A program made the translations under genes and the position numbers. This document shows, piece by piece, positions 26,795 through 36,372 of a stretch of DNA of 64,000 nucleotides (positions are counted from its first letter, which is position 1; every line of letters starts with the position of its first letter). The stretch is from the NCBI GenBank assembly GCA_030446745.1, contig JAUJMS010000006.1, forward strand, positions 4,498-68,497. The letters are read 5' to 3'. The DNA is from Egibacteraceae bacterium. Its GTDB lineage: Bacteria > Actinomycetota > Nitriliruptoria > Euzebyales > Egibacteraceae. The notes under the pieces were generated by a model, which saw only the letters and a program-made list of their open reading frames with translations, was not told where the DNA came from and did no database searches.

Positions 26795-27820
26795 GTGCTG
26801 TCCGACCCCGTCCTCTACGCCGGCTTCGCGGTCGTCGTCACGATCCTGCTCGCCGTCGACCTGCTCGTCGTCCACAAGGACAGCCACGCCGTCTCGCTGA
26901 AGGAAGCCGGCATCTGGTCGGCCATCTGGATCGGCTGCGCCGTGGTGTTCGGGCTGTTCGTGGCCCGCCTCCACACCGGCGAGCCCGGCGCGAACGTGAC
27001 GCTGGACTACTTCACCGGGTACGTCATCGAGAAGTCGCTGTCGGTCGACAACGTCTTTCTGTTCGTGCTCATCTTCGGGGCGCTGTCGGTCCCGCGCGAG
27101 CTCCAGCACCGCGTGCTGTTCTACGGCGTCGCGGGCGCCATCGCGATGCGCACCGCGCTGATCTTCACCGGCGCCGCCCTGATCGAGCGCTTCGACTGGA
27201 TCCTGTACCTGTTCGGCGCGTTCCTCGTCTACACCGGCGTCAAGACGTGGATGCAGCGCAACGACCACCCCGACGTCGGCAACTCCAAGCTGCTGCGGCG
27301 CATCCGCAACGTGCTGCCGACCACCGACGGCTACCGCAGCGACCGGTTCTTCGTCCGCGAGGGCGGTCGCCTGCTGGCAACGCCGATGTTCATCGTGCTG
27401 ATCCTGGTCGAGTTCACCGACCTGATCTTCGCGATGGACTCGATCCCGGCGATCTTCGCGATCACGCAGGACCCGTTCATCGTCCTGACGTCGAACATCT
27501 TCGCGATCCTGGGCCTGCGGGCGCTGTACTTCCTGCTCGCCGGCGTCGCCGACAAGCTGCGCTACCTCAAAGCCGGCCTGGCGGTGATCCTCGGCTTCGT
27601 CGGCGTCAAGCTGCTCGTCGAAAGCCTCGAGCACGACGGCATCGAGGCGATTGGTCCGGTGCCGTTGCCGTCGATCGACCCGCTGACCAGCCTCGGGATC
27701 ATCATGGGCATCCTCGCGGTGGCGATCGTCGCGAGCCTGCGCAACCCGCTGCCTCCGGGGGAGGAGGCACCCGCCGGCGTGGCGCCGTTCGAGCAGGCAG
27801 GCGCCGGCCGCGACCGATGA
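26795..27820 (+). CDS. terC: TerC-family integral membrane protein
   Basis: YFTGYVIEKSLSVDNVFLFVLIF and second half FTDLIFAMDSIPAIFAIT. GGAGG 9 nt before the GTG start. Confidence 0.85.
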   Translation: MLSDPVLYAGFAVVVTILLAVDLLVVHKDSHAVSLKEAGIWSAIWIGCAVVFGLFVARLHTGEPGANVTLDYFTGYVIEKSLSVDNVFLFVLIFGALSVPRELQHRVLFYGVAGAIAMRTALIFTGAALIERFDWILYLFGAFLVYTGVKTWMQRNDHPDVGNSKLLRRIRNVLPTTDGYRSDRFFVREGGRLLATPMFIVLILVEFTDLIFAMDSIPAIFAITQDPFIVLTSNIFAILGLRALYFLLAGVADKLRYLKAGLAVILGFVGVKLLVESLEHDGIEAIGPVPLPSIDPLTSLGIIMGILAVAIVASLRNPLPPGEEAPAGVAPFEQAGAGRDR

Positions 27821-29163
27821 CCGACACGGCGCCGCCGGACCCCCCGCCGCCGCCAGACCCGCCGCCGCGGCCAAGCCCGGACCTGGCGCCGTCGGCAGCG
27901 CCCGCCCCGGCGCGGCGCGAGGGGGCGTGGCGGCCCACCGCCACGCTCGTCGGGGTCGGCGTCCTGCTCGCGGCGGTCCTGCTGCTCGCGTGGTGGACCA
28001 AGGCGCGCTGCCTGGGCGACCGCGGCTGGGAGGCCGGCGAGCAGTACCTGCGCTGGTGCTACACCGACATCTACCCGCTGTGGTTCGCCGAGCGCCTCAG
28101 CGATGGCGCGACGCCCTACCTCGACCACCCCGTCGAGTATCCGGTGCTCATCGGCGCCCAGATGTGGCTCGTCGCGGGCCTGGTGCGCGCGTTCGTGTTC
28201 GACCGCGGGCTGTGGCCACTCGCCTTCTTCCACATCACCGCCCTGCTGACCGTGCCGGTGTGGGCGCTGACCGTCGAGCGCCTCGCGCGCCTCGGCACGC
28301 CGACCGCGCGGCTGCTGTGGGTCGTCGCCGCGCCGACGCTGGTCGCCTACGCGTTCATGAACTGGGACGCGGTGGCGGTGTTGCTGCTCGTGCTGGCCGT
28401 CGACCTGCACCGGCGCGAGCGCGACACGCTCGCCGGCGTCGCCGCCGGGCTCGGGGCGGCCGTGAAGTTGTTCCCGGCGTTCCTCGTGCCGGTCGTCGTC
28501 GTCGCGCGCCTCGCGCAGGGGCGCGGTCGCGACGCCGCCCGGCACCTCGGCGCCGCCGCCGCGGCGTGGTTGGCGGTCAACGTGCCCGTCTACCTGGCGG
28601 CGCCGGACAACTGGGCCGAGTTCTGGCGACTGAACCGGCGCCGACCGGCGGACTGGGACAGCCTGTGGTACCTCGCCGAGCAGCTGCGCGGCAGCCGCTT
28701 CGACCTCGCGGCGCTGAACCTGTGGTCGGCCGTGCTGTTCGTCGCGGGCGCCGCCGCGATCGTCGCCGTGGGGCGCCGACGGCTGGCCGCCGACGAGCAG
28801 TGGCGACTCGTCCTGCCGGTGCTGTGCTGGTTCTTGCTGACCAGCAAGGTCTACTCGCCGCAGTTCAGCCTGTGGTTGCTGCCGCTGCTCGCGCTCGCGC
28901 TGCCGCGGGCCGCCCCGTTCGCCGCCTTCGTCGTCGCCGACCTGTTCGTGTTCGTGACGCGGTTCCCGTTCCTCGGCGGCGCTGCCGGCTTCGCGCCGGC
29001 GCCCGGCTACGGGGTGTTCGCCTTCGGCGTCGCGGCGCGAGCGGTCGTGCTGGCCTGGGTGATCGCCGAGACGCTCGCCGTCCGCCCGCCGGCGCTGACC
29101 GCGCCCACGCCGCGCGCCGGGGGGCGCACGTGGCCACTGCCCGCACGGGCCGACGCCGGCTAG
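27817..29163 (+). CDS. polytopic membrane protein, GT87/DUF2029-like GT-C glycosyltransferase family (Rv0051-like by synteny), paralogue 1
   Basis: ATG overlaps the terC stop as ATGA. Pro-rich N-terminus. WWTKARCLGDRGWEAGEQYLRWCYTDIYPLWF, HPVEYPVLIG, AYAFMNWDAV, AAVKLFPAFL, LTSKVYSPQFSLWLLP. About 10 TM helices. Confidence 0.7.
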   Translation: MTDTAPPDPPPPPDPPPRPSPDLAPSAAPAPARREGAWRPTATLVGVGVLLAAVLLLAWWTKARCLGDRGWEAGEQYLRWCYTDIYPLWFAERLSDGATPYLDHPVEYPVLIGAQMWLVAGLVRAFVFDRGLWPLAFFHITALLTVPVWALTVERLARLGTPTARLLWVVAAPTLVAYAFMNWDAVAVLLLVLAVDLHRRERDTLAGVAAGLGAAVKLFPAFLVPVVVVARLAQGRGRDAARHLGAAAAAWLAVNVPVYLAAPDNWAEFWRLNRRRPADWDSLWYLAEQLRGSRFDLAALNLWSAVLFVAGAAAIVAVGRRRLAADEQWRLVLPVLCWFLLTSKVYSPQFSLWLLPLLALALPRAAPFAAFVVADLFVFVTRFPFLGGAAGFAPAPGYGVFAFGVAARAVVLAWVIAETLAVRPPALTAPTPRAGGRTWPLPARADAG

Positions 29164-30376
29164 TACCGGGGAGCGTCGCGGCGCTGCTCGCCGCGACGCT
29201 GACCCTCGCGTGGCTGACCAAGGCGCGCTGCCTGCTCACCGACGCGTCGTGGCAGGCCGGCGAGCAGTACCTCGGCTGGTGCTACACCGACATCTACCCG
29301 CTGTGGTTCGTCGAGCGGCTCAACGAGGGCGCGGTGCCCTACCTCGAGACCACCCCGTCGAGTATCCCGTGCTGACCGGGGCGTGGATGTGGACGGCGAA
29401 CCAGCTCGCGGCGCTGTTCCCCGCAGCCGTGCAGGGTCGCGCGTTTCTCCAGGTGACCATGGCCATGGGCGCCGGTTGCCTGGTCGCGACGCTGGTCGTC
29501 CTGGCACGGCTGGGGCTGCCGCCGCAGCGTCTCGCCTGGTTCGCCGCCGCGCCGACCATCGTCGCGTATGCGTTCATGAACTGGGACGCGCTGCCGGTCT
29601 TGCTTGCAACCGTCGCGCTGGCGCTGCACCGGCACGGCCGTGACGCGGGGGCAGGCATCGCGGCCGGCCTGGGCGCCGCCGCCAAGCTGTATCCGGTGCT
29701 GCTCGTGCCGCTGTTCGTACTCGCGCGCCTCGGCAGTGGCCGGCCGCGCGGCGCGGCGGTTACGGCGGGCGCGGCCGCGGGGGCGTGGCTGGCCGTGAAC
29801 GTGCCGGTCGCGCTCGCCGCGCCGGCGGGCTGGGGCCGGTTCCTCGAGCTGTCGCGCACCCGGCTCGCCGACCACGACAGCCTCTACCGGATGGCCGAGG
29901 TGTACCTGCTGCCCGGCGACGCCCGCTTTCCCGTCGGCCCGCTGAACCTGGTCACCGGAGCGCTGTTTTTGATCGCTGCGGTCGTGATCGTCGTCGCCGG
30001 CCTGCGCGTGCGCGCCGCCGCCGACGCGGCCGAGCTGTTCTTGCCGCTGCTCATCGCCTTCCTGCTGACCAGCAAGGTCTACTCGCCGCAGTTCAGCCTG
30101 TGGCTGCTGGCCCCGCTCGCGCTGAGCCTGCCGCGGCTGCGGCCGTTCCTCGTGTTCTGCGCGGCCGACCTCGCCGTGTTCCTGACGCGCTTCCCGTGGC
30201 TCGGCGGGCGTCAGGGGTTCACCCCCGCGCCCGGCTACGGCTGGTTCGCGGCCGCCATCGCCGCCCGCGCCGTCGTACTCGGCTGGATCGCGTGGGTCAG
30301 CGTGCGCGAACGCCCCGCCTACCAGATCCCGACCCGACCCTTGTCACCGGCGCTGCGCTTTCGGTGCCGTCGCTGA
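29130..30376 (+). pseudogene. GT87/DUF2029-like paralogue 2, interrupted by a +2 (GA) frameshift at ~29347-29349
   Basis: The 27927 frame ends ...LAWLTKARCLLTDASWQAGEQYLGWCYTDIYPLWFVERLNEGAVPYLE. ORF 29210..30376 continues DHPVEYPVLTGAWMW...AYAFMNWDAL...AAAKLYPVLL...LTSKVYSPQFSLWLLAP. Paralogue 1 has CTCGACCAC where this copy has CTCGAGACCAC. GTG 29130 is the only plausible start. Confidence 0.6.
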
Positions 30377-30386
30377 CAAGGCCCGG
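30338..30386 (+). repeat. copy C of the ~48-nt hairpin element, overlapping the stop of GT87 paralogue 2
   Basis: CCCTTGTCACCGGCGCTGCGCTTTCGGTGCCGTCGCTGACAAGGCCCGG, between convergent genes (stops at 30376 and 30406). Confidence 0.7.
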
Positions 30387-30405
30387 TTGACGGGTGACGT
30401 CAGGG

Positions 30406-32916
30406 CTACGGGGAATCGGCCGTCGCGTCGCTGTTCCCGGTCTTGCCGCCACCCTTGCCGCCGGGATCTTCTTCCGTTGGCTCCGGCTCGGGCTCGGCCT
30501 CGGCCTCGGTCGGCTCGGGCTCGGGCTCGGGCTCCGGCTCCGGGGACGGGCTCGGCTTCGGGGCGCGGGTGGGGTCCGGCTCCGGTTCCGGTTCCGGCTC
30601 CGGCTTCGGCTTGGGTGCGGGCCGCGGTTTGTCCTCCGGTTCCGGTTCCGGCTCCGGTTCCGGCTCCGGCTCCGGCTCCGGCTCGGTCTGCTCGGGTCGC
30701 GGCTGGGGCTCGGTCTCTTCGGCTGCCTCGTCGCTCGGCGGCGGCGGCGGCGCGGTCGGCTCGGGCTCGGTCACCCTGTCCTCAGGCTTCTCGCTCGGCG
30801 CCTCCGTCGGCTCGGGTGTGCGCGTCGGCTCGACGTCGACGCACACCGGCGTGCCCTCGGGGTCCTCGCTCAGCGCCTCACGGCGCCCGCAGTCGGGGGT
30901 GGCGGGCGGACTCGGCCGGGTCACCTTCAGCCCGCCCGGCGGCGGCGGGAAGTCCTCGGGCGGCACACCGTCGAGCGCGGCCAGCATGAACGCGCGCCAC
31001 GTCTTGGCCGGCAGGCTGCCGCCGGTGAACTTGCCCTCCATCGGCTTGTTGTTGTCGCGGTTGCCCATCCACACCGCGGTCGTCAGCTGCGGCGTGTAGC
31101 CGACGAACCAGGCGTCGCCGTTGTTCTGCGTCGTGCCGGTCTTGCCGGCCGCGGGCCGGTCGATGTCCGCGGCGGTGCCCGAGCCGCGGGTGACGACGCC
31201 GCGCAGGACGTCGGTGACGGTCAGGGCGACGCGCTCGCTGACGACCCGCTCGCCCTTCGTCGGCGCGCGGTACAGCGTCTCGCCGCCGCGGCGGACCTCC
31301 TCGACGGTGTGCGCGTCGCGGTGCACGCCGCCGGTCGCGAAGGTGCTGTACGCCTCGGCCATCTCCAGCGGCGTGACGTTGGAGGTGCCGAGCACCAGCG
31401 ACGGAACCACGGCGAGCTTGCTGTCGATACCGGCCTTCTGCGCCACCGCCCGCACGCGCTCGGGACGCACGTCGCGGTCGAGCACGACCTGGGCGTAGAC
31501 GGTGTTGACGGACTTCTCGGTCGCTTCGCGCAGGCTGAGCTCACCGTAGGCCGCGCCCTCGTAGTTCTCGGGGGCCCAGCCGCCGTCTGGCTGGTCGCGG
31601 TCGAGCATCCGCTCCAGCTCCGCCTCGGTGTACTTGATCTTGGCGGGTGCGTCGAAGTAGCTCTCGGGCGACTTGCCGGCGTCGACCCACGCGGCCAGCG
31701 CGAACGGCTTGAACGTCGAGCCGGGCTGGCGCGCCGCCTCGGCGAGGTTGAGCTGGCTGCGCCCGTAGTCCTTTCCGCCGACGAGGGCGCGGATGCCGCC
31801 GGTGTCGTTGTCGACCGCGACGAGCGCCGCGGTCGGCTCGATGCGCGACGCGACGAACGACTCGCGGTACGTCTGCTCGGCCTCGCGCTGCAGCGCCATG
31901 TCCAGCGTCGTCGTGACGACCAGCCCCGAGTAGATCTCGTTGGCGCCGACCTCGCGCTCGAGCTCTTCCTGCACGCTCTGCAAGAAGTAGGGCGCCGACT
32001 TGAAGACGACCCCTGCGGCCTTGCGCGTGCGTGGCGGCTTGGCGGCGAGCTTGCCGGCGCGCGCGGGCGCGAGCCACCCCTTGTCCACCATCTGGCCGAG
32101 GACGTAGCGGTAACGCCCCTGCGCGTCGTCGGGGTTGTCGCGCGGGTCGTAGGCCGACGGGGCGGCGATGATGCCGGCGAGCATCGCGGCCTCGTCGACG
32201 CGCAGCTTGGCGGCCGGCTTGTCGAAGTAGGCGGTGGCAGCCGCCTCGATGCCGTACGCCCCGCGGCCCCAGTAGATCGAGTTGAGGTAGAACTCGAGGA
32301 TCTCGTCCTTGGAGTAGCTGCGCTCGAGTTTCACCGCCAGGGCGGCTTCGCGGACCTTGCGCAGCAGCGACCGCTCGTCGTCGGTCGTGGCGTTCTTGAC
32401 GTACTGCTGGCTGATCGTCGAACCGCCCTGGCTGATCTCACCGGCCGTCACGTTGCGCAGCGCGGCGCGGAAGATGCCCGGCAGGCTCAGCCCGCGGTGC
32501 TCGTAGAACGCGGCGTCCTCGGCGGCGAGCACGGCGTCGCGCACATGGTCGGGCAGCGCGTCGAGTTTCACGTCCTCGCGGCTGGTCTCGGCCTGCAGCG
32601 TCGCGATCTCAGCACCGGTGGTGTCGAGGATGACGGTGGCGCGCACCCCGATGTCGTCGGGCAGCGGCACGGCCGTGAAGAAGTAGAAGAACAGAGTCAC
32701 CGCCGCGAACGCGAGCCCGGCGAGCGGCAGGGCCAGCAGCAGCGCGACGGGGCGGCGGTACCACGGCCGCCGCCGTGTGGCGGGGCTTGCCGCGGGCGCG
32801 CCGCCCTTGGTCGGCCGCGCCGCTCGCGCGCGGCCCGGCCGCGGGGGGGCACCGGACGGTCGGGACCGGCGCGCACCCGGCGAGCGCCTCCGCGGAGGCT
32901 GGAAGGTGCCGGTCAT
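30406..32916 (-). CDS. ponA: class A penicillin-binding protein (GT51 transglycosylase plus transpeptidase) with a ~190-aa Pro/Glu-rich C-terminal tail
   Basis: [23 protein letters not shown] (GT51). STFKPF, SVN, KTGTT (transpeptidase). N-terminal TM helix. Tail [16 protein letters not shown]...[12 protein letters not shown]. Confidence 0.9.
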   Translation of the reverse strand: MTGTFQPPRRRSPGARRSRPSGAPPRPGRARAARPTKGGAPAASPATRRRPWYRRPVALLLALPLAGLAFAAVTLFFYFFTAVPLPDDIGVRATVILDTTGAEIATLQAETSREDVKLDALPDHVRDAVLAAEDAAFYEHRGLSLPGIFRAALRNVTAGEISQGGSTISQQYVKNATTDDERSLLRKVREAALAVKLERSYSKDEILEFYLNSIYWGRGAYGIEAAATAYFDKPAAKLRVDEAAMLAGIIAAPSAYDPRDNPDDAQGRYRYVLGQMVDKGWLAPARAGKLAAKPPRTRKAAGVVFKSAPYFLQSVQEELEREVGANEIYSGLVVTTTLDMALQREAEQTYRESFVASRIEPTAALVAVDNDTGGIRALVGGKDYGRSQLNLAEAARQPGSTFKPFALAAWVDAGKSPESYFDAPAKIKYTEAELERMLDRDQPDGGWAPENYEGAAYGELSLREATEKSVNTVYAQVVLDRDVRPERVRAVAQKAGIDSKLAVVPSLVLGTSNVTPLEMAEAYSTFATGGVHRDAHTVEEVRRGGETLYRAPTKGERVVSERVALTVTDVLRGVVTRGSGTAADIDRPAAGKTGTTQNNGDAWFVGYTPQLTTAVWMGNRDNNKPMEGKFTGGSLPAKTWRAFMLAALDGVPPEDFPPPPGGLKVTRPSPPATPDCGRREALSEDPEGTPVCVDVEPTRTPEPTEAPSEKPEDRVTEPEPTAPPPPPSDEAAEETEPQPRPEQTEPEPEPEPEPEPEPEPEDKPRPAPKPKPEPEPEPEPDPTRAPKPSPSPEPEPEPEPEPTEAEAEPEPEPTEEDPGGKGGGKTGNSDATADSP
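30478..30700. repeat. hexanucleotide GGCTC(C/G) microsatellite-like tracts (Glu-Pro dipeptide repeats of the PBP tail)
   Basis: Read directly: runs of GGCTCCGGCTCGGGCTCG... in three blocks. Confidence 0.8.
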
Positions 32917-32959
32917 GGTTGCAAGTGTGCCACCTGCGGACGGCGGCCCGGATGGCCGG

Positions 32960-33361
32960 TCAGCCGGCGTGCGCGCGGCCCAGCAGGTAGCTCTCGACGA
33001 GGTGGTTCCAGCCGCACACCAGGCAGCACTCGACGACGTAGGCGGAGAACGAGCGGTGGCGCGACGCGAGGCCGTCGAGCTCCTCGCGCGTCCACACGAT
33101 GTGCCCGGACAGGCGTTTCAGGTCGTCGCCGTAGACGTAGGTGACCAGCCGCAGGCTGTTCGCCTCGTCCAGCGCGACGTCCGCGCGGTCGTCGGCGAGG
33201 CGGCAGATCGGACACGTGCGGGCGGTGGTCTGCCCGACGTTGCGGGCGGCACGCAGCAGCTCAGGGTGGGCGTCGCAGACGTCGGTGACCGCAATCGCGC
33301 CGCGGGTGACCTGCCGCACCAGCGCGCGCTTGGCGATGCGGTAGTCGATGAAGCCCTTCAT
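32960..33361 (-). CDS. Rv0049-like (DUF5318-type) small Cys-containing protein
   Basis: [41 protein letters not shown]...CPICR...[20 protein letters not shown]. Conserved position between the PBP and PadR/ino1 genes. Internal ATG, 133 aa. Confidence 0.7.
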   Translation of the reverse strand: MKGFIDYRIAKRALVRQVTRGAIAVTDVCDAHPELLRAARNVGQTTARTCPICRLADDRADVALDEANSLRLVTYVYGDDLKRLSGHIVWTREELDGLASRHRSFSAYVVECCLVCGWNHLVESYLLGRAHAG

Positions 33362-33462
33362 CGCCGCAGTGGTCGTCGCGCTCGGCCGTCCAGGGCAGTG
33401 TCCATGGCGCCGGAGAGTGTAGGCGGCGTGCCCGCAGGCGGCGCGGTCGGGCGGCGAGCGTG

Positions 33463-33490
33463 TTGACGCGCGGCGGCAGCGATGTAGCAT
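33463..33490 (+). promoter_or_regulatory. sigma70/HrdB-like promoter for padR-ino1
   Basis: TTGACG (33463-33468), 16-nt spacer, TAGCAT (33485-33490). Followed by the inverted repeat CATCG-TCG-CGATG at 33511-33523 in the leader. Confidence 0.5.
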
Positions 33491-33569
33491 GGCGCTATAT
33501 CGGCCTGATACATCGTCGCGATGCATCGGGCCCACCGCGACGCCAGCCGTCCGAGGAGTGAAGAACCCG

Positions 33570-34190
33570 ATGCTCGAGCTCGCCGTCCTGGGACTGCTCA
33601 AAGAGCGGGCCATGCACGGCTACGAGCTGCGCAAGCAGCTCGGGCAGAAGCTCGGCTTCTTCTGGACCGTGTCGTTCGGCTCGCTGTACCCGACGCTGAA
33701 GAAGCTCGAGCGCCGCGGGGTCGTCGAGAAGTTCTTCCCGCCCGAGCAGACGTCGCGGCGCAAGCAGGTCTACCGGATCACGCCGGCCGGCGAGGCGCTG
33801 TTCCTGGAGCTGCTGACCGAGGGCGCGCACAGCAGCTGGGAGGAGGACAAGTTCCCGCTGCGCGTGGCGTTCTTCCGCTACCTGGGGCCCGAGACGCGGG
33901 TGCGGCTGCTGGAGCGGCGCAAGGCCTACCTCGAGGACAAGCTCGCCGAGGGGCGCCGGTCCCTGTCGCGGGCGAGTCGCGCCGACACCTGGACCGTGTC
34001 GCTGGTGCGCCACGGTGTCGAGACCACCGAGCACGACATCACCTGGCTCGACGCGCTGATCGCCGCGGAGCGCGCCGCGCTCGAGTCCGCCGCCGCCCCG
34101 CCCTCCGCTGCTCCGCCGGCGGCCGCCCCACCGACCAGCGCCGGCGACCGCACGCCCGACGACGTCCCGACCGAACTGCAGACCAAGTGA
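33570..34190 (+). CDS. PadR-family transcriptional regulator
   Basis: [52 protein letters not shown]...VYRITPAGE (winged HTH), long C-terminal domain. GAGGAG RBS. Confidence 0.85.
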   Translation: MLELAVLGLLKERAMHGYELRKQLGQKLGFFWTVSFGSLYPTLKKLERRGVVEKFFPPEQTSRRKQVYRITPAGEALFLELLTEGAHSSWEEDKFPLRVAFFRYLGPETRVRLLERRKAYLEDKLAEGRRSLSRASRADTWTVSLVRHGVETTEHDITWLDALIAAERAALESAAAPPSAAPPAAAPPTSAGDRTPDDVPTELQTK

Positions 34191-34207
34191 CCCAAGGAGA
34201 CCAGCTC

Positions 34208-35347
34208 ATGGGCGCCAAATCCGTCCGCGTCGCTATCGTCGGCGTCGGCAACTGCGCCAGCTCGCTGGTGCAGGGCGTGCACTACTACCGCGACGCCGAC
34301 CCGGACGAGCGGGTGCCCGGTCTCATGCACGTCGAGCTCGGCGGGTACCACGTGCGCGACATCGAGTTCGTCGCGGCGTTCGACGTGGACGCGAAGAAGG
34401 TCGGCCGTGACCTCGCCGAGGCGATCGTCGCGCCGCCCAACAACACGATCACCTTCGCCGAGGTGCCGCCGATCGGTGTCGAGGTGCAGCGCGGCCCCAC
34501 CCTCGACGGCTTCGGGGAGTACTACGCCCAGGTCTGCCAGGAGAGCGACCTGCCGGTCGTCGACGTGGCCGCCGAGCTGCGCCGCGCAGGCGCCGACGTG
34601 CTCGTGTGCTACCTGCCGGTGGGCTCCGAGCGGGCGGCGCGGGCCTACGCCGAGGCGGCGCTGGACGCCGGCGTCGCCTTCGTCAACTGCCTGCCGGTGT
34701 TCATCGCCAGCGACCCCGCGTGGGCGGCACGGTTCACGGAGGCGGGGGTGCCGATCATCGGCGACGACATCAAAAGCCAGGTCGGCGCCACGATCACCCA
34801 CCGGATCCTGACGCGCCTGTTCGAGGACCGTGGCGTCGCCATCGACCGCACGTACCAGCTGAACTTCGGCGGGAACATGGACTTCATGAACATGCTGGAG
34901 CGGTCGCGGCTGTCGTCGAAGAAGGTGTCCAAGACCCAGTCGGTCACCTCCCAGATGGCCGCGGGCATGCCGAAGGACGCGATCCACATCGGCCCGTCGG
35001 ACCACGTGCCGTGGCTGGAAGACCGCAAGTGGGCCTACATCCGCATGGAGGGCCGCAACTTCGGCGACGTCCCGCTCAACGTCGAGCTGAAGCTGGAGGT
35101 GTGGGACTCGCCCAACTCGGCCGGCGTGGTCATCGACGCGGTGCGCTGCGCGAAGCTGGCGCTTGACCGGGGGGTCGCTGGTCCGCTGCTCGGCCCCTCC
35201 AGCTACTTCATGAAGTCACCGCCGGCGCAGTACCCCGACGACGTGTGCCACCGCCTGGTCGAGGAGTTCATCGCCGGCCCGGTCGCCGCCGCCCCGGGCG
35301 ACAGCGTGCAGCTCGAGGCCACCGTGGAGGTCGGCGCGGCTCGCTGA
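34208..35347 (+). CDS. ino1: myo-inositol-1-phosphate synthase
   Basis: [58 protein letters not shown]. 379 aa, in the PadR-ino1 synteny known from mycobacteria. Confidence 0.9.
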   Translation: MGAKSVRVAIVGVGNCASSLVQGVHYYRDADPDERVPGLMHVELGGYHVRDIEFVAAFDVDAKKVGRDLAEAIVAPPNNTITFAEVPPIGVEVQRGPTLDGFGEYYAQVCQESDLPVVDVAAELRRAGADVLVCYLPVGSERAARAYAEAALDAGVAFVNCLPVFIASDPAWAARFTEAGVPIIGDDIKSQVGATITHRILTRLFEDRGVAIDRTYQLNFGGNMDFMNMLERSRLSSKKVSKTQSVTSQMAAGMPKDAIHIGPSDHVPWLEDRKWAYIRMEGRNFGDVPLNVELKLEVWDSPNSAGVVIDAVRCAKLALDRGVAGPLLGPSSYFMKSPPAQYPDDVCHRLVEEFIAGPVAAAPGDSVQLEATVEVGAAR

Positions 35348-35357
35348 GCCGACGGCG

Positions 35358-35789
35358 TCACAACCGCCCCGCCCGCCCCGCGGGGGCGTAGCGGTACCAC
35401 ACCCGCCCGTGGACGCCGCGCAGCGGCAGGGCGCCGTAGTCGCGGCTGTCGGTGCTGTGCGCGGCGTTGTCGCCGAGCACGACGACCTCGCCGGCACCGG
35501 CACGCAGCGTCGCGCCGGCGACCGCGACGGTCTGGCCGGGCAGCGCCGCGACGCGCTTGACGACCCAGCGCTGCGACGCGGTCGGGTCGCGCACGACGAC
35601 CATGTCGCCGCGGCGCAGGCGCCGGACGGGGCGCACGAGCACATGGTCGCCGGGCAGCAGCGCCGGGGCCATCGACAGGCCTTTGACGGCGACCCGGCAC
35701 GGGCCGCGCGACCACACACAGGCGACGAGCGCCACCAGCGTCGGCACGCTGTCGAACAGCGTCGTGCGGCTCGTTTCCGCCACCAGCAT
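35358..35789 (-). CDS. sodX: S26-family peptidase, Ni-SOD maturation protease
   Basis: KGLSMAPAL (Ser nucleophile), RGDMVVV, VKRV (Lys), GDNAAHSTDSRDYG. Divergent from sodN. Confidence 0.8.
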   Translation of the reverse strand: MLVAETSRTTLFDSVPTLVALVACVWSRGPCRVAVKGLSMAPALLPGDHVLVRPVRRLRRGDMVVVRDPTASQRWVVKRVAALPGQTVAVAGATLRAGAGEVVVLGDNAAHSTDSRDYGALPLRGVHGRVWYRYAPAGRAGRL

Positions 35790-35850
35790 CTGGATAGGGT
35801 AGGAACGACCGGGCCTGCAGCCCCGCAACCGCCGTCAAGGAGTTCCAGCG

Positions 35851-36303
35851 ATGTCTCTCGCCGCTCGCCTGCTCACGCTCGTCGACCGCGTCGCCGCCCC
35901 CGTCGACGCGTACGCCCACTGCGACATCCCCTGCGGCGTGTACGACCCCGAACAGGCGCGCATCGAAGCGGAGTCCTGCTTCAAGATCATCGAGAAGTAC
36001 GCCGGCAACGACGACCCGCTGTTCCGCCAGCGGTGCGTGCTGGTCAAAGAGCAGCGCGCCGAGCTGGCGAAGCACCACATCTCCGTGCTGTGGAGCGACT
36101 ACTTCAAGCCCGAGCACCTCGCCCAGTTCCCGGACCTGCACGACGTGTGCTGGCGCGCGGTCAAGCAGTGCTCGGCCGTCAAGCGCTCCCTGGACCCAGG
36201 TGAGGCGCAGACGCTGCTCGACCTGATCAACCAGATCGACAAGATGTGGCAGGAGACCGGCGGCGTGGCCACGACCCGCACCAACGGCCGCCCCGGCGGC
36301 TGA
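35851..36303 (+). CDS. sodN: nickel-containing superoxide dismutase precursor
   Basis: Pro-peptide MSLAARLLTLVDRVAAPVDAYA, then the Ni-hook HCDIPCGVYDP. AAGGAG RBS. Confidence 0.9.
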   Translation: MSLAARLLTLVDRVAAPVDAYAHCDIPCGVYDPEQARIEAESCFKIIEKYAGNDDPLFRQRCVLVKEQRAELAKHHISVLWSDYFKPEHLAQFPDLHDVCWRAVKQCSAVKRSLDPGEAQTLLDLINQIDKMWQETGGVATTRTNGRPGG

Positions 36304-36372
36304 CCGCGGGCCGCCGCGTTGCCACCAGGCCCCGCCACCGGCGGGGCCTTTCCACTGCCTGGAGGGATCCCC

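Noticed and set aside
35790-35850. Nur box upstream of sodN (TGCAG-CCCC-GCAA)
   Set aside because: Half-sites and spacing do not fit tTGCaa-N5-ttGCAA. The 61-nt spacer leaves little room. Not supportable by eye.
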